From: a virus
Taxonomy: Duplodnaviria > Caudoviricetes
IMG/VR virus record: IMGVR_UViG_2862173500_000001
Location: 1,235-65,234 of that record
Strand: one strand, 5' to 3'
Length of the DNA: 64,000 nt
Part shown: positions 45,879-56,027 of the stretch, in pieces
Layout: every line of letters starts with the position of its first letter
How positions within the stretch are numbered: position 1 is the first letter of the stretch
Notes under the pieces: generated by a model
Told to the model about the DNA's origin: nothing
The model's database searches: none
The model's input: only the letters and a program-made list of their open reading frames with translations
Program-made: the position numbers and the translations under genes

Positions 45879-46955
45879 ATGCCTGATCCCGGTGACGCTG
45901 TCTACCTAGGCAGTGTTCTCACGAACATGCACTTTTGGGGTGTCGTGTCCGATTTGGAGACGCCAGCGATGGTGACGGGCACATTCGAGGTGGCCCAGAA
46001 CGACGGTGCCATCACTCTGGATGCGTTGGTAGGTGCACCGGGTGTGCCAGGGGAGAACTCTCCGATCGTCAAGATGCAGTACCAGTCGTCCATTGATGAC
46101 CCGGATGACCTGCCCGACAACCTCACCGACGATGACGCAGACATCGGTAAAGCCTGGTGGGTCGGCAACATCGTGTATCTGTGGGACGGGGAGCGCTTCG
46201 TCCAGAAGCAGATGGGGACTCAGGGCCCTCCCGGACCATACCCGAATATCCACCCGTCGATTCAGCTGTTAGACCCGGACGACCCGGAGCTGGAATCGGA
46301 GATCATCGTCACCGGTACGACGGCAGATCCCGGCTGGCTGTTCAAGATGAAGGCCCCCAAGGGGCCGCAGGGGGACAACGCCACCATCCGTGACGCCACG
46401 GACTACAACGACTCCACGGCCCCCGCTACGGGTCAGGTTATCGCCTGGAACGGTTCCGACTTCGCGCCGGCAGATTTCAATCCGCTCGCGATGCGCGTCT
46501 ACTCGCTACCTGAGGCGTCGTTCAGTAACTACAGCGGCATCACCACTCGCCAGACCATCGCGTCATTCGCCATCCCTCCGCAGGAATTCGACTGGCAGCC
46601 AGTGATATTTGGGCACATCAAGGCCACCGGGCTTGAGCTGGATGAAGACCCGTTCATCATCGGCTGTGAGGTGCGTTTGGGAGATCCGAACTCTGGTCAG
46701 CTGGTTGGGCGTGGATTCGGCAACATCTCATCCTGGGCCACCGTCATCCCGCACTTCTCTTCAACTGGGGATGCGAACAAGGCGATAACCCCCGACAACA
46801 ACGTCGCCGTCGTTCCCGGATACCACACTGGCACTGCTGGAACGGTTTACGTGAACCTCTACAACGATGGCGTCACGGGTATCTACCAGTTCAACAAGAA
46901 CAACGCCCAGCTGACCGTCATGGTTGTCCCCGTTTCTCCGGTGCCGGGTAGCTAG
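45879..46955 (+). CDS. Minor tail protein
   Basis: Short collagen-like G-X-Y stretches, IPPQ.FDW.P.V.GH. Confidence 0.85.
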   Translation: MPDPGDAVYLGSVLTNMHFWGVVSDLETPAMVTGTFEVAQNDGAITLDALVGAPGVPGENSPIVKMQYQSSIDDPDDLPDNLTDDDADIGKAWWVGNIVYLWDGERFVQKQMGTQGPPGPYPNIHPSIQLLDPDDPELESEIIVTGTTADPGWLFKMKAPKGPQGDNATIRDATDYNDSTAPATGQVIAWNGSDFAPADFNPLAMRVYSLPEASFSNYSGITTRQTIASFAIPPQEFDWQPVIFGHIKATGLELDEDPFIIGCEVRLGDPNSGQLVGRGFGNISSWATVIPHFSSTGDANKAITPDNNVAVVPGYHTGTAGTVYVNLYNDGVTGIYQFNKNNAQLTVMVVPVSPVPGS

Positions 46956-49900
46956 TGCCAAGAGCGTTCGACCGGAATTCTCCGGTCGCTGATTTCGATC
47001 CCAACAAGGCGATCGAGTTCAACCCTCTCTCCGCGCTGCGTCAAAGCACGGAGATGTGGGAGACGATCCTCGGTGCAATCAAGGAGTTCGCGGAAAACCT
47101 TGTCAAGGAGCTGATTCAGAAGCTTCTCGGGTTGAACGTTGATCCCGAGCAGGCACTGGAGGATCTCTGGGAGCTCCTGACTGGGTGGACTGATGACATC
47201 CCGATTCTGGGCGACATCATCCAGATCATTGAGGACTTCCTCAATGGCAACCTGTTCGGACATGACGGCTTCATTCTGTCCAACCTCATTCCGCTGCTCT
47301 CGTTCAGCTGGATCACTGATGAGCAATCAAACCTGTTGATTGCCGGTAACTTCCAAGACGCGGCGAGTATCGCGGATAACCCGGACTGGTCGTGGGAGTC
47401 GGGGGTTTCGCACAGCGCCGACAGCTCCGGCAACGTCAAGGTGACCGCGGACGGGGCAAGTAAAGCCCTGCGCTCCAACGAGATCATTGTGAGCCCGACG
47501 CAAACCATGTCCCTGGAGATGTGGGTCAAGTGGTCGGGCTACACCGGATCTAATACGCCGATAAAGCTACAGCTGGTCGAGTTCTCAGGGCGTGGCACCA
47601 GTGCTGTGCAGGTCGGAATCAAAGACGTTGCGACACTGAACCCATTGACCTCCGTTGGGGACTGGCGCCAGATGACCGGCACCTACACGGCGCCCGATGG
47701 CGTGCAGTCGGTAAAGGTCCGCATCCTGGTAACGAAGGACGCCACCGCTGGAACATTCCACTTCGATGATGGTGTCGGCAAGAAGACCAACAAGATTCAG
47801 CAGGCATGGATAGACGGCCTGGGTAACACATTCCAGGAGATACTGTCTCGCTGGCAGCTGATCATCGACACCGTTGTTAACGGACTCACCGGCTCAAACA
47901 ACGCCCTGCACACCCTGGAAGATCTCTTCGAAGCGGTTACCCATATACCCCTGTTCAAGATCCTGGGCTTCGGTGGTCCTGGGGACGCGAACGGCACCTT
48001 CGAGGAATTCCTTTCGCATCTATTTGGCGGCCTCTCTGGTTCCTCGGACCCGAACGCAAGCGGTGGATTTGCCGACCTGTTCAACGTCTCGAAGCTCTTG
48101 GCAACAGCAGCGGCCATGGGGGAGAGCGCGTTTCAGATACTCAGTATCCGAAACAACACCCCAGTTAATACTGGACTGCTGCCGTCCGGTCGGTCAAACT
48201 ATGGCCTGACAAGCGTCAACACCACGCTCTCGGCTACCCAGAGTGCGTCCCTCATCGCAACAATGCGCGTCGAGCAGGACGTAGCACTCGGCGTGGTTTC
48301 TTGGCTTGGCTGCGGCACCAGTGGCATGACCGCGTTTTACGTCAACATCTGGAAACTCGATTCAGTCTCGGGTGATTGGGCGTTAGTGCACCATTCCCCG
48401 AGCGTCCTGGCTGAGCTGACAGCCGGCTCCACGCCCAACTGGACGTTCTACCAACTTGACACCCCTGTCGATCAGAAGGCGGGCGAGACCTACGCCTACG
48501 AGCTCGTCCCAGTAGGTGGCACGCACAGCGTCCGGGGCATCTCGACCACTGACGACATCCCCGATCACCCGTTCGCTCAGGTCGTAGGACTAGCCGCCAC
48601 ACGCGACAACACCTCGTCCCCGAACTCGCCGCCCTCGACGATCGCCAAGGCGAGTGTTGTTCGGTCCGGCAACATTCCGTGGATCGAAACAGCCATCGAC
48701 ACCGGCAACGGTGTGGGCTACTACGACCCAATCTCGGTGTATGTCGTAGATTCGGGCACCGTCCCGATCCCGTCGTGGTGCAACTTCGTTGACGTGACCG
48801 CAGTCGGCGGTGCGGGCGGGGCGCAGCAGGGCTTTACATTCGGATTCCATGGCGAGCCCGGCTCACCCGGTCTGTACAAATCCGCCACATGGCAGCGGGG
48901 CGTTCACTTTGTCGACGATGCGATCCTTACCTTCACTAAAGGTGTTGGCGGACTTGGCGGACAGGGTGACGGTGCCGACGGCACCGCAAGTGGCTGGTCG
49001 ATCCCCGACTACGGCATCACTGCCGAACCCGGCGTTGGCGGCACGGAGTTGCAGTTGGGTTCCAACCCTATTGGCCGCGGGCCGGGCAATTTTGAGCACA
49101 AGGGCGAGAACCATGTCGGTGGCGGGGACCAGAAAGTCCCTGGAGCCGATGGAGTCTCGCCGGGTGGAGCCGGTAACGGCGGCAATGGGCTGACGTTACA
49201 GTTCGGCGGCAACGGTGCTGATGGTGCTGGTTGGGTGAGGTTCAGGCAGAACCCGCTAGAGGGCGAAGAAGTCATCGGTGGCCCCGGTCAAGTTCTCGTG
49301 CCCAGCATCGAATCCACCGTGTCCCTAGGAACCCCGACCGTTACAGGCGGACTGTCGCTACTCCCGCTGGATGACCAGGCCGCCATCGACGCGATCGTGG
49401 CCGCGAATATGACCGCCCCTGGCGGGGTGTTGATGATCCAATCCCCAGACGGCTACTACGAGAAGCCGTACGGCAAGGTCTCGACAGCCGCAGGCGCCCG
49501 CGACGTGATCCTGGAGGACCACTTCCGTATCGGTTCATGCACCAAGTCGTTCACGGCGACCATGATTTTGCAGGCGGTAGACCGCGGTCTGTTGTCGCTA
49601 GATGACCCGCTGGAGAAGTTCCTTCCGGGCGTCCCTAGCGGTAACAAGATCACCATCCGGCACATGATGTCGTTGCGGTCCGGACTGTTCAATGAGCAAG
49701 CCGACCTGGGAATGATGGTGCGGTACTTCCTCATGCCAACCTCGGACTGGACGGACGAGGAAACGCTCGCGATCATGAAGCAGCACGACCCGGCGTTTGA
49801 GCCTGGTCAAAGCTGGGCGTACGTGAACTCCAACTTCATTCTGCTGGGCATGATCGTCTCGATTGTCAACGGGCGCAACGTGCGTGACGTTCTACAGACG

Positions 49901-51073
49901 GACATTCTAGATCCGTTGGGGCTGACCCAAACCAGCTGGCCGACGACCGCGAAAATGCCGGAGCCGTACGCCAATGGCCACGCATATACGACTGGCTTGT
50001 TTGGCGGTTGGGCTTGGCAGGACGCGACGGAAACCGGTCCGGGCTACTCGAGTGGTGCAGGTGTCATGATCTCCACAGCCCACGACCTGTTGCTGTGGGC
50101 CAAGGAATTACGCGACGGCACCTTGTTGAGCCCGGAACTTCATGCGCTGCGCACCGAATGCTACTGGCCTATCCCATGGGGTAACGATGACCAGCTGACC
50201 TACTTCGGATACGGGCACGGCATGTTCGAGCTCGGACAGTGGCGCGGCCACGGCGGGTCATGGCGCGGCTACGAATGCTCCGTGTACTACCTGCCCAACG
50301 GCACCCTGTTTGCGATGGTGGAGAACGCTCAAACCCCGACTGTTGAGGTTGAGGTGTCGATGATGTTCAAGATCGGCAAGTACCTATACCCGGATTCGCT
50401 GGATCAGCCTGACTACCAAGTGAATCGAGCGTTCGGCATCCCTGCGAAAACCTCAGTGGGTAAGCCGATCGTCGGCAGCATCGATGTCAAGTTCGACAAC
50501 AAGAGCACTGTCGGAACAAGCATGGCGACGATACCTGAGTTCACCCTCGACCCTGAGGCGAACATTGTATTCGCCTACATGACGGCGCAAACCGGTCTGG
50601 ATATGTCCACAGTGACAGCGAAGATCGGCGGCGCCACCATGAACAGGCTGCCAGTCATCTCCAATGGATCTAACAGGCTGGTTGTGTGGTGGCTACTCGA
50701 TCCACCCACGGGTGCGCGGTCGATAAATCTGATCGGAACCCCATACGGATCGAACTATGCGACGGGTGCCGCGTCCTACAAGCTGGCCGCCCATGCTGGG
50801 ATTGGAACACCGGTAATCACGCAGGGCTACAGCGCATCTCCGTCCGTAAGTGCAACAACAAACTCGCACGGCAGGATCGTTAATGCCTTCCTATACGGGG
50901 GGCAAACCAGCGCCTACAACCAGACCGAGCGCGGTCATGCCGACACCGTGGCGTTCGGTGCGGGCTTGATATTCGGCGACGCACCAGGCGGTTCGGTGAC
51001 GTTCACACAAACCCTTGCGGCTGCTGCGCCGTGGATCGGTATCGCGATCCCCATCATCTCCAATGCGGAATAG
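46955..51073 (+). CDS. Large minor tail protein with Gly-rich and serine beta-lactamase/D-Ala-D-Ala carboxypeptidase-like domains
   Basis: FRIGSCTKSF (SxxK), YVNSNF (YxN), GHGG; N-terminal carbohydrate-binding-like module; Gly-rich region. Confidence 0.9.
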   Translation: MPRAFDRNSPVADFDPNKAIEFNPLSALRQSTEMWETILGAIKEFAENLVKELIQKLLGLNVDPEQALEDLWELLTGWTDDIPILGDIIQIIEDFLNGNLFGHDGFILSNLIPLLSFSWITDEQSNLLIAGNFQDAASIADNPDWSWESGVSHSADSSGNVKVTADGASKALRSNEIIVSPTQTMSLEMWVKWSGYTGSNTPIKLQLVEFSGRGTSAVQVGIKDVATLNPLTSVGDWRQMTGTYTAPDGVQSVKVRILVTKDATAGTFHFDDGVGKKTNKIQQAWIDGLGNTFQEILSRWQLIIDTVVNGLTGSNNALHTLEDLFEAVTHIPLFKILGFGGPGDANGTFEEFLSHLFGGLSGSSDPNASGGFADLFNVSKLLATAAAMGESAFQILSIRNNTPVNTGLLPSGRSNYGLTSVNTTLSATQSASLIATMRVEQDVALGVVSWLGCGTSGMTAFYVNIWKLDSVSGDWALVHHSPSVLAELTAGSTPNWTFYQLDTPVDQKAGETYAYELVPVGGTHSVRGISTTDDIPDHPFAQVVGLAATRDNTSSPNSPPSTIAKASVVRSGNIPWIETAIDTGNGVGYYDPISVYVVDSGTVPIPSWCNFVDVTAVGGAGGAQQGFTFGFHGEPGSPGLYKSATWQRGVHFVDDAILTFTKGVGGLGGQGDGADGTASGWSIPDYGITAEPGVGGTELQLGSNPIGRGPGNFEHKGENHVGGGDQKVPGADGVSPGGAGNGGNGLTLQFGGNGADGAGWVRFRQNPLEGEEVIGGPGQVLVPSIESTVSLGTPTVTGGLSLLPLDDQAAIDAIVAANMTAPGGVLMIQSPDGYYEKPYGKVSTAAGARDVILEDHFRIGSCTKSFTATMILQAVDRGLLSLDDPLEKFLPGVPSGNKITIRHMMSLRSGLFNEQADLGMMVRYFLMPTSDWTDEETLAIMKQHDPAFEPGQSWAYVNSNFILLGMIVSIVNGRNVRDVLQTDILDPLGLTQTSWPTTAKMPEPYANGHAYTTGLFGGWAWQDATETGPGYSSGAGVMISTAHDLLLWAKELRDGTLLSPELHALRTECYWPIPWGNDDQLTYFGYGHGMFELGQWRGHGGSWRGYECSVYYLPNGTLFAMVENAQTPTVEVEVSMMFKIGKYLYPDSLDQPDYQVNRAFGIPAKTSVGKPIVGSIDVKFDNKSTVGTSMATIPEFTLDPEANIVFAYMTAQTGLDMSTVTAKIGGATMNRLPVISNGSNRLVVWWLLDPPTGARSINLIGTPYGSNYATGAASYKLAAHAGIGTPVITQGYSASPSVSATTNSHGRIVNAFLYGGQTSAYNQTERGHADTVAFGAGLIFGDAPGGSVTFTQTLAAAAPWIGIAIPIISNAE

Positions 51074-51085
51074 GGAGAACTTCTT

Positions 51086-51484
51086 ATGGTAAATGCTTTG
51101 TACGATCACGCCCGCGAATCGATCCTCCAGGCTGATATCGACTGGGAGGTAGACAACTTCAAGGTTTGTGGGGTGGATGCCACCTACACCCCCAATATTG
51201 CGACGCACCAGTATCTCTCGGATATCACGGGTGTTGTATGCACGTCATCGAACCTGTCCAGTAAGTCGTGGACAGCCGGTGTGGCCGATGCTGCGGATGT
51301 CACTTTCCCTACGGTGACCGGTTCCACGATCGTGCGCTGGATCATCTACAAAGACACCGGCACCGCCGGAACGTCGCGGCTTGTCGCCATGTTCGACACT
51401 GCTTCCGGGTTGCCGGTCATCCCGGATGGCACGAACATCACTGTCACCTGGGATAACGGGGCTTCGCGAGTGTTTCGTATCTAG
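51086..51484 (+). CDS. Minor tail protein
   Basis: ALYD.A...L..DIDW..D.FKV, GVADAADVTF; similar to 53555-53986. Confidence 0.8.
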   Translation: MVNALYDHARESILQADIDWEVDNFKVCGVDATYTPNIATHQYLSDITGVVCTSSNLSSKSWTAGVADAADVTFPTVTGSTIVRWIIYKDTGTAGTSRLVAMFDTASGLPVIPDGTNITVTWDNGASRVFRI

Positions 51485-51486
51485 CC

Positions 51487-52884
51487 ATGGCCGGTGTAAT
51501 CGGCTGGTGGGCCGAGACTTTCAGTGAACCGGCCGGGAAAACGCTGGTACTTGCGGGCGGTGTCCCTGCTGTAACGGCAACAACCGGCGTCTACGTGTTC
51601 CCGACGACGGCGACCCTGACCCTGACCGGATCCGTGCCCCCTGTTATTGGGCCGCCGCTGCTACCAACGCAGGCTGGACTTGTCCTCACTGGCGGACAGC
51701 CGTTGGTCCGGGTCGGTAACGTCGTCGCGGCCGACGATGCCGAGTTGACGCTCACTCGCGGAACCCCATCGGTTGTTCAAACCAACAACAACCTAGTTCT
51801 CCCAACCGGTGCATCCAGTTCCCTAACCGGCAGTGCGCCAACGCTCATCAGGGGTCTAATCCTCCTGCCTACCGGTGCTACGCCCGCCCTCACTGGTGGT
51901 ACACCGTCGCTGGCGAGTCGCCTAGTGCCAACGGGTGCTACACCAACCCTGACCGGTGGGCGCCCGCTGATCGATGTCACTTTCCCGCCGCCTACGGTCC
52001 AGCTGACCCTCACTGGTGGGCGCCCATTGATCGACACGCGCGTGGTACCAGCCGGTGCCACACCGGTCCTCACAGGCAGCGCCGCATCAGTTATTGCGGG
52101 CATTATCGGTACTGGCGCTGGCCTGACGCTGACTGGCGGTACTCCACGCATATCCGTAACCGTCGCTCCTACAGGGGCTGCACCTACGTTGACGGGCGCC
52201 ACACCGCTGATCGCGTTGCAAGTCGCACCGACCGGGGCTTCGGCCACGCTGACTGGTGGCACACCGATCGTGACGAACGTATCCAACGCTTCGTACATAT
52301 CGTCTGCCGCAGCCGCGAGCAGCTCGGTGACTATCCCCACTCATTCGGTTGGCGACCTGATCGTTATTTTCGCGTTCAACCCGTTCACCACCACGGCGCC
52401 AACCGCGCCATCCGCTGGCGGAACCGTGCCGAGCTGGAACTACATCGACAACGCCAATAGCGGCAGTGGATCAGGCTGCACAACTGCGTATTTCAAAGCC
52501 ACGGCTACGAATACAACGACGGGTACGTGGGCCAACGCTTCTCACACCATGGCTGTAATTATTCGGAACCAGAACGCATCCTCACCGATTGGCGGCCACG
52601 CCCAACAGGCCGGTTCTAGCGCTACAACAACGGCCCCTTCAGTGACCATGAATCACACGGATGGGTCTTCGGTGCTGCTGCATTTCCATGGTCACTCCAG
52701 CCTCAGTTCGACCGGCTGGGATGCCGCCCCGGCGGGTTACACCCGAGGCGCCACATCGGGTGCAGCGTTCTCATCGGCCACCGCTCTGAACTACAAGAAC
52801 ATCACCACATCTGACGGTTCAGTGGCCCAAACCGGTGGGCAGAACACAAGTTACGCGGCAGCAACTGTCGAAATCATCAACTAA
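51487..52884 (+). CDS. Thr/Gly/Pro-rich repeat minor tail protein
   Basis: About ten copies of P(T/A)GAxxxLTG(G/S)xP; C-terminal IP.H.VGDLIVIFA domain. Confidence 0.8.
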   Translation: MAGVIGWWAETFSEPAGKTLVLAGGVPAVTATTGVYVFPTTATLTLTGSVPPVIGPPLLPTQAGLVLTGGQPLVRVGNVVAADDAELTLTRGTPSVVQTNNNLVLPTGASSSLTGSAPTLIRGLILLPTGATPALTGGTPSLASRLVPTGATPTLTGGRPLIDVTFPPPTVQLTLTGGRPLIDTRVVPAGATPVLTGSAASVIAGIIGTGAGLTLTGGTPRISVTVAPTGAAPTLTGATPLIALQVAPTGASATLTGGTPIVTNVSNASYISSAAAASSSVTIPTHSVGDLIVIFAFNPFTTTAPTAPSAGGTVPSWNYIDNANSGSGSGCTTAYFKATATNTTTGTWANASHTMAVIIRNQNASSPIGGHAQQAGSSATTTAPSVTMNHTDGSSVLLHFHGHSSLSSTGWDAAPAGYTRGATSGAAFSSATALNYKNITTSDGSVAQTGGQNTSYAAATVEIIN

Positions 52885-52899
52885 CGAAAGGCAACACCG

Positions 52900-53523
52900 A
52901 TGCCGGATCCGGCAGTGATTTACGCGCTGTGTGATCCAACTTCAGGGGAAGTCCGATACATCGGCAAGACGATAGACGTCAGGGCCAGGCTACGAAGCCA
53001 TTTATGGGACTCACGAAACCCCAAGGAGCACACGCATAAGGCCCGCTGGATCCGGTCGCTTAAGTCCCCGCCCGTCTTAGAAATCATCGAAACCCTATCC
53101 GATGCCGATGACTGGGCTGAGCGCGAATGCTACTGGATAGCCAAGTATCGAAGCGAAGGAGCTCGCTTAACCAACCTCACCAACGGTGGTGATGGCTGGT
53201 CCAGTAATGGACATACCGACGAGACAAAAGCGAGATTGCGTGAGATGGCGCTAGCCCGAGGGGCTAAACCGCCGTCCCAGTCCGGACGCAAGGCCTCTCC
53301 CGAGACGCGAAAGAAGCTCCAGATCTCTGCTCGAGAGCGTGGCGTAAAGCCGCCCCCTAGCGGCGGCTGGAACAAGGGGCGTCGAAAGACGCACTGTGTC
53401 AACGGTCATGAGTTGACCGCGGAAACAAGGTACTGCCTGAACGGCAGATATCGAGGTTGCAAATTGTGCATGCGCGAATCGTCGCGTCGGCATTCAAGAA
53501 GCAGAAACAAACTGTCGGACTGA
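52900..53523 (+). CDS. Free-standing GIY-YIG homing endonuclease with NUMOD-like repeats
   Basis: IYAL.DP....VRYIGKT....RL..H, E..WI.....G..LTN...GG, HTDETK, KTHC.NGH...CK.C. Confidence 0.88.
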   Translation: MPDPAVIYALCDPTSGEVRYIGKTIDVRARLRSHLWDSRNPKEHTHKARWIRSLKSPPVLEIIETLSDADDWAERECYWIAKYRSEGARLTNLTNGGDGWSSNGHTDETKARLREMALARGAKPPSQSGRKASPETRKKLQISARERGVKPPPSGGWNKGRRKTHCVNGHELTAETRYCLNGRYRGCKLCMRESSRRHSRSRNKLSD

Positions 53524-53554
53524 AGAAGTCGGGCAGTAGAGAAAGGAAACCGCT

Positions 53555-53986
53555 ATCACAGCTGGCACATGGACGTTCCCCTCAGGGGCGCGCACCAATC
53601 TCATCAACGGAACATTCGATATCGACTCCGATACTTGGCGAGTCGGTCTTGTCACCTCCTCTTCGAACGTTGGCTCTTCCACAACCACATGGGCTGGCGT
53701 GACTAACGAAGTGGCACAGGCGAACGGTTACACCACGGGCGGTATCGCGGTGACCCTGGCCCTCTCGGGTACCACGAGCGTCACGGCATCATTCTCAAGC
53801 AACCCGACATGGACCGCATCGGGCGGCAGCATCGTGGCCCGCTGGGCTGTGCTCTACGAGCTCGGCGGCAACGTGCTGTGCTATGTGCTGCTTGACAATA
53901 CGCCCGCTGACGTGACAACGACTAACGGCAACTCGCTCACGATTGACGCCGACGGAAGCCCGGCGCCTGTCTTCACTCTCGCGTAA
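53555..53986 (+). CDS. Minor tail protein, probably with a non-canonical ATC start
   Basis: SD GAAAGGA 7 nt before ATC; in-frame ITAGTWTFPSGARTNLINGTFDIDSDTWRVGL; in-frame stop at 53537. Confidence 0.75.
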   Translation: MTAGTWTFPSGARTNLINGTFDIDSDTWRVGLVTSSSNVGSSTTTWAGVTNEVAQANGYTTGGIAVTLALSGTTSVTASFSSNPTWTASGGSIVARWAVLYELGGNVLCYVLLDNTPADVTTTNGNSLTIDADGSPAPVFTLA

Positions 53987-54000
53987 CACCCCCTCCTTGT

Positions 54001-54027
54001 AGGCCTCGCTAGTGCGGGGTCTTTTTT
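54001..54027 (+). terminator. Intrinsic terminator
   Basis: AGGCCTCGC-TAGT-GCGGGGTCT-TTTTT. Confidence 0.75.
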
Positions 54028-54046
54028 GTTGCCCGAAAGGGGTCGC

Positions 54047-54211
54047 ATGTTCTCTCAACTGCTGCGGTACCCCGCCTTCTACGCCGTTATCGGGTTGGCG
54101 GGGTTCGGGTTCGGAGTCTGGATTCGCGGCAAGTTCAAGATCCTGAACTGCCCCTATCTACCGCCCATGTGGGGGCGTCCAGGGCTTGATCCACGGATAG
54201 GGGACATCTAA
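54047..54211 (+). CDS. Small membrane protein before lysin A
   Basis: One TM helix; coupled to lysA. Confidence 0.6.
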   Translation: MFSQLLRYPAFYAVIGLAGFGFGVWIRGKFKILNCPYLPPMWGRPGLDPRIGDI

Positions 54212-55614
54212 TGGCCCGGCGCCTATTCAACGGCAATCGGTTTTCGGAGAACGGGTGGCCGTACGTTGATGAAGGCTCATGCACTTGGGTGAAAGTCCCC
54301 GGTGCTGATGTGAGCCTGCAGATTCAGAACGGACCGCCGCTGGCGCTGCTGCGGGCGTGGGCTGCCGACTGGAACGCGTACATAGAGCCACTACGTGATG
54401 CCGACTCGGCGTGCTGGACACCCGGCAACTCTGTGGCTACGTCGAATCACCCTGGCGGCACGGCGATTGACCTGAACTGGGAGTCACACCCATTCCAGGA
54501 GCGGGGATCTCTGAACGCGGCGCAGATGGCTGTGATGGCTGAGATGGAAGGGTTCTACGAAGGCAACATCTTCTGGGCTGGTAGGTGGGGCTCGCCTGTG
54601 GACGAGATGCACAGCCAGGTTGGATACGACACCTACGACCAGCAGGCTGATGCACCTAAGCCGTCGGTGTTCAACTTCATCGCACGCAAGATTAGGGCAG
54701 ACGGGTACTCAACGTTCCGCAGGGGCAACAAGCCACTAGGCGCCGTCCCCGTTTTGGCTGCTGCTACAGGACTATCCGAAGCGCGTGCCGCTGAGATCCT
54801 CCCGGCCGTCTCGGATGGGCTCAAGGCAAGTCAGTGCACCAGCGTCAACCGGATCGCGATGTGGCTGGCACACGTTGGGCACGAGTCCGTGAGCTTTAAG
54901 TACACCGAGGAGATCGCCAAGAACGGCCGATACGCGCCGTACATCGGTCGCACGTGGATCCAGATCACCTGGGACTACAACTACCGAGCCTTCTCGCAGT
55001 GGTGCTTTGAACGCGCCATGGTGCCGACTAGCGACTACTTCGTCGTGAATTACCGCGAGCTGGCCGACCTCAAGTGGGCTGGCATCGGAGCCTCTTGGTA
55101 CTGGACCGAGCAGCGCCCGATGAACGACCTGATTGACGCCGGTGAGGGTGCCTGCTGGGGCGACTACAGCGGATTCGCTGCCGTAACGGCGGCCATCAAC
55201 GGCGGCACCAACGGCCTGGCCGATCGCCGCGACCGATACAACCGCGCCCTACTCCAAGGCGACGCGCTGCTCTCCCTTGTCGCTCCCACTGAAACCCCCG
55301 ACCCGATTGAGGAGTTGCTCATGTCCGACCTGCAGGTCGAATCCCTCTCCATCTACGCCACCCCCGGCGAGCCGCTGATCCCGATCGTGCGCATGGTTCA
55401 GGCCATCGACGCTGCCGAGCATCGCAAGCTCGTCGAAGACTGGGCACGCAACGGCGACACCGACGCACTGTCGCGCATCGCCCGCACCGCGGCCGGTCAG
55501 GGGAAGTTCCGTGACGCCGCCACTGTCGCGCACGCCCAAGCCGTTCTCGCCGATATCGAAGCGACCAACCCTGCCGCACTGCAGCAGTTCATCTCTCAGA
55601 AGGGACAGTCATGA
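54211..55614 (+). CDS. lysA: Lysin A (M15-like peptidase plus GH19-like glycoside hydrolase)
   Basis: SENGWP, SNH..GTAIDLNW, DEMH; A..GHES, GR.WIQIT..YNY, INGGTNGL.DR. Confidence 0.95.
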   Translation: MARRLFNGNRFSENGWPYVDEGSCTWVKVPGADVSLQIQNGPPLALLRAWAADWNAYIEPLRDADSACWTPGNSVATSNHPGGTAIDLNWESHPFQERGSLNAAQMAVMAEMEGFYEGNIFWAGRWGSPVDEMHSQVGYDTYDQQADAPKPSVFNFIARKIRADGYSTFRRGNKPLGAVPVLAAATGLSEARAAEILPAVSDGLKASQCTSVNRIAMWLAHVGHESVSFKYTEEIAKNGRYAPYIGRTWIQITWDYNYRAFSQWCFERAMVPTSDYFVVNYRELADLKWAGIGASWYWTEQRPMNDLIDAGEGACWGDYSGFAAVTAAINGGTNGLADRRDRYNRALLQGDALLSLVAPTETPDPIEELLMSDLQVESLSIYATPGEPLIPIVRMVQAIDAAEHRKLVEDWARNGDTDALSRIARTAAGQGKFRDAATVAHAQAVLADIEATNPAALQQFISQKGQS

Positions 55615-56027
55615 CTGATCAGATTCGCAAGTGGTACTACCTCATTGGCGCGCTAGTGGCATCAGTTGTCCCCATCCTGGTGACTTCCGGCGTTGTGAGC
55701 GACACCCAGGGCAACGCGTGGATCAACGCGGTTGTAGCAATCGGCGGCGTCCTGGGTGTCGCGGGTCTCGGCACAGCGGGTGTTGTGCTGAGTAAGCAGA
55801 TCAAGAACGCCCCCGGCGCTGCTGCCGACAAGGCCGTGACGAGCCTCAAAGAGGTGCAGGACCAGCTCAACTCGACCGCCCAGTCTGCGCAGGATCAGCT
55901 GGCCGCCGCGACCAAGGTTGCGGTGGACAGCATCAACAAGATTCAGGCGACGGTCGGCGGTGTTGTGGGGCAGCAGGTTTCCCTTGGCCCACTTGCAGCG
56001 CAGGTCATCAAAAGCGTGACCGAGTGA
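55611..56027 (+). CDS. Holin
   Basis: IR.W.Y, two TM helices; between lysA and lysB. Confidence 0.85.
   Translation: MTDQIRKWYYLIGALVASVVPILVTSGVVSDTQGNAWINAVVAIGGVLGVAGLGTAGVVLSKQIKNAPGAAADKAVTSLKEVQDQLNSTAQSAQDQLAAATKVAVDSINKIQATVGGVVGQQVSLGPLAAQVIKSVTE

Noticed and set aside
52900-53523. Group I intron carrying the GIY-YIG endonuclease
   Set aside because: Both flanking genes appear complete and the intergenic gaps are only about 15-30 nt, too small for a ribozyme core.
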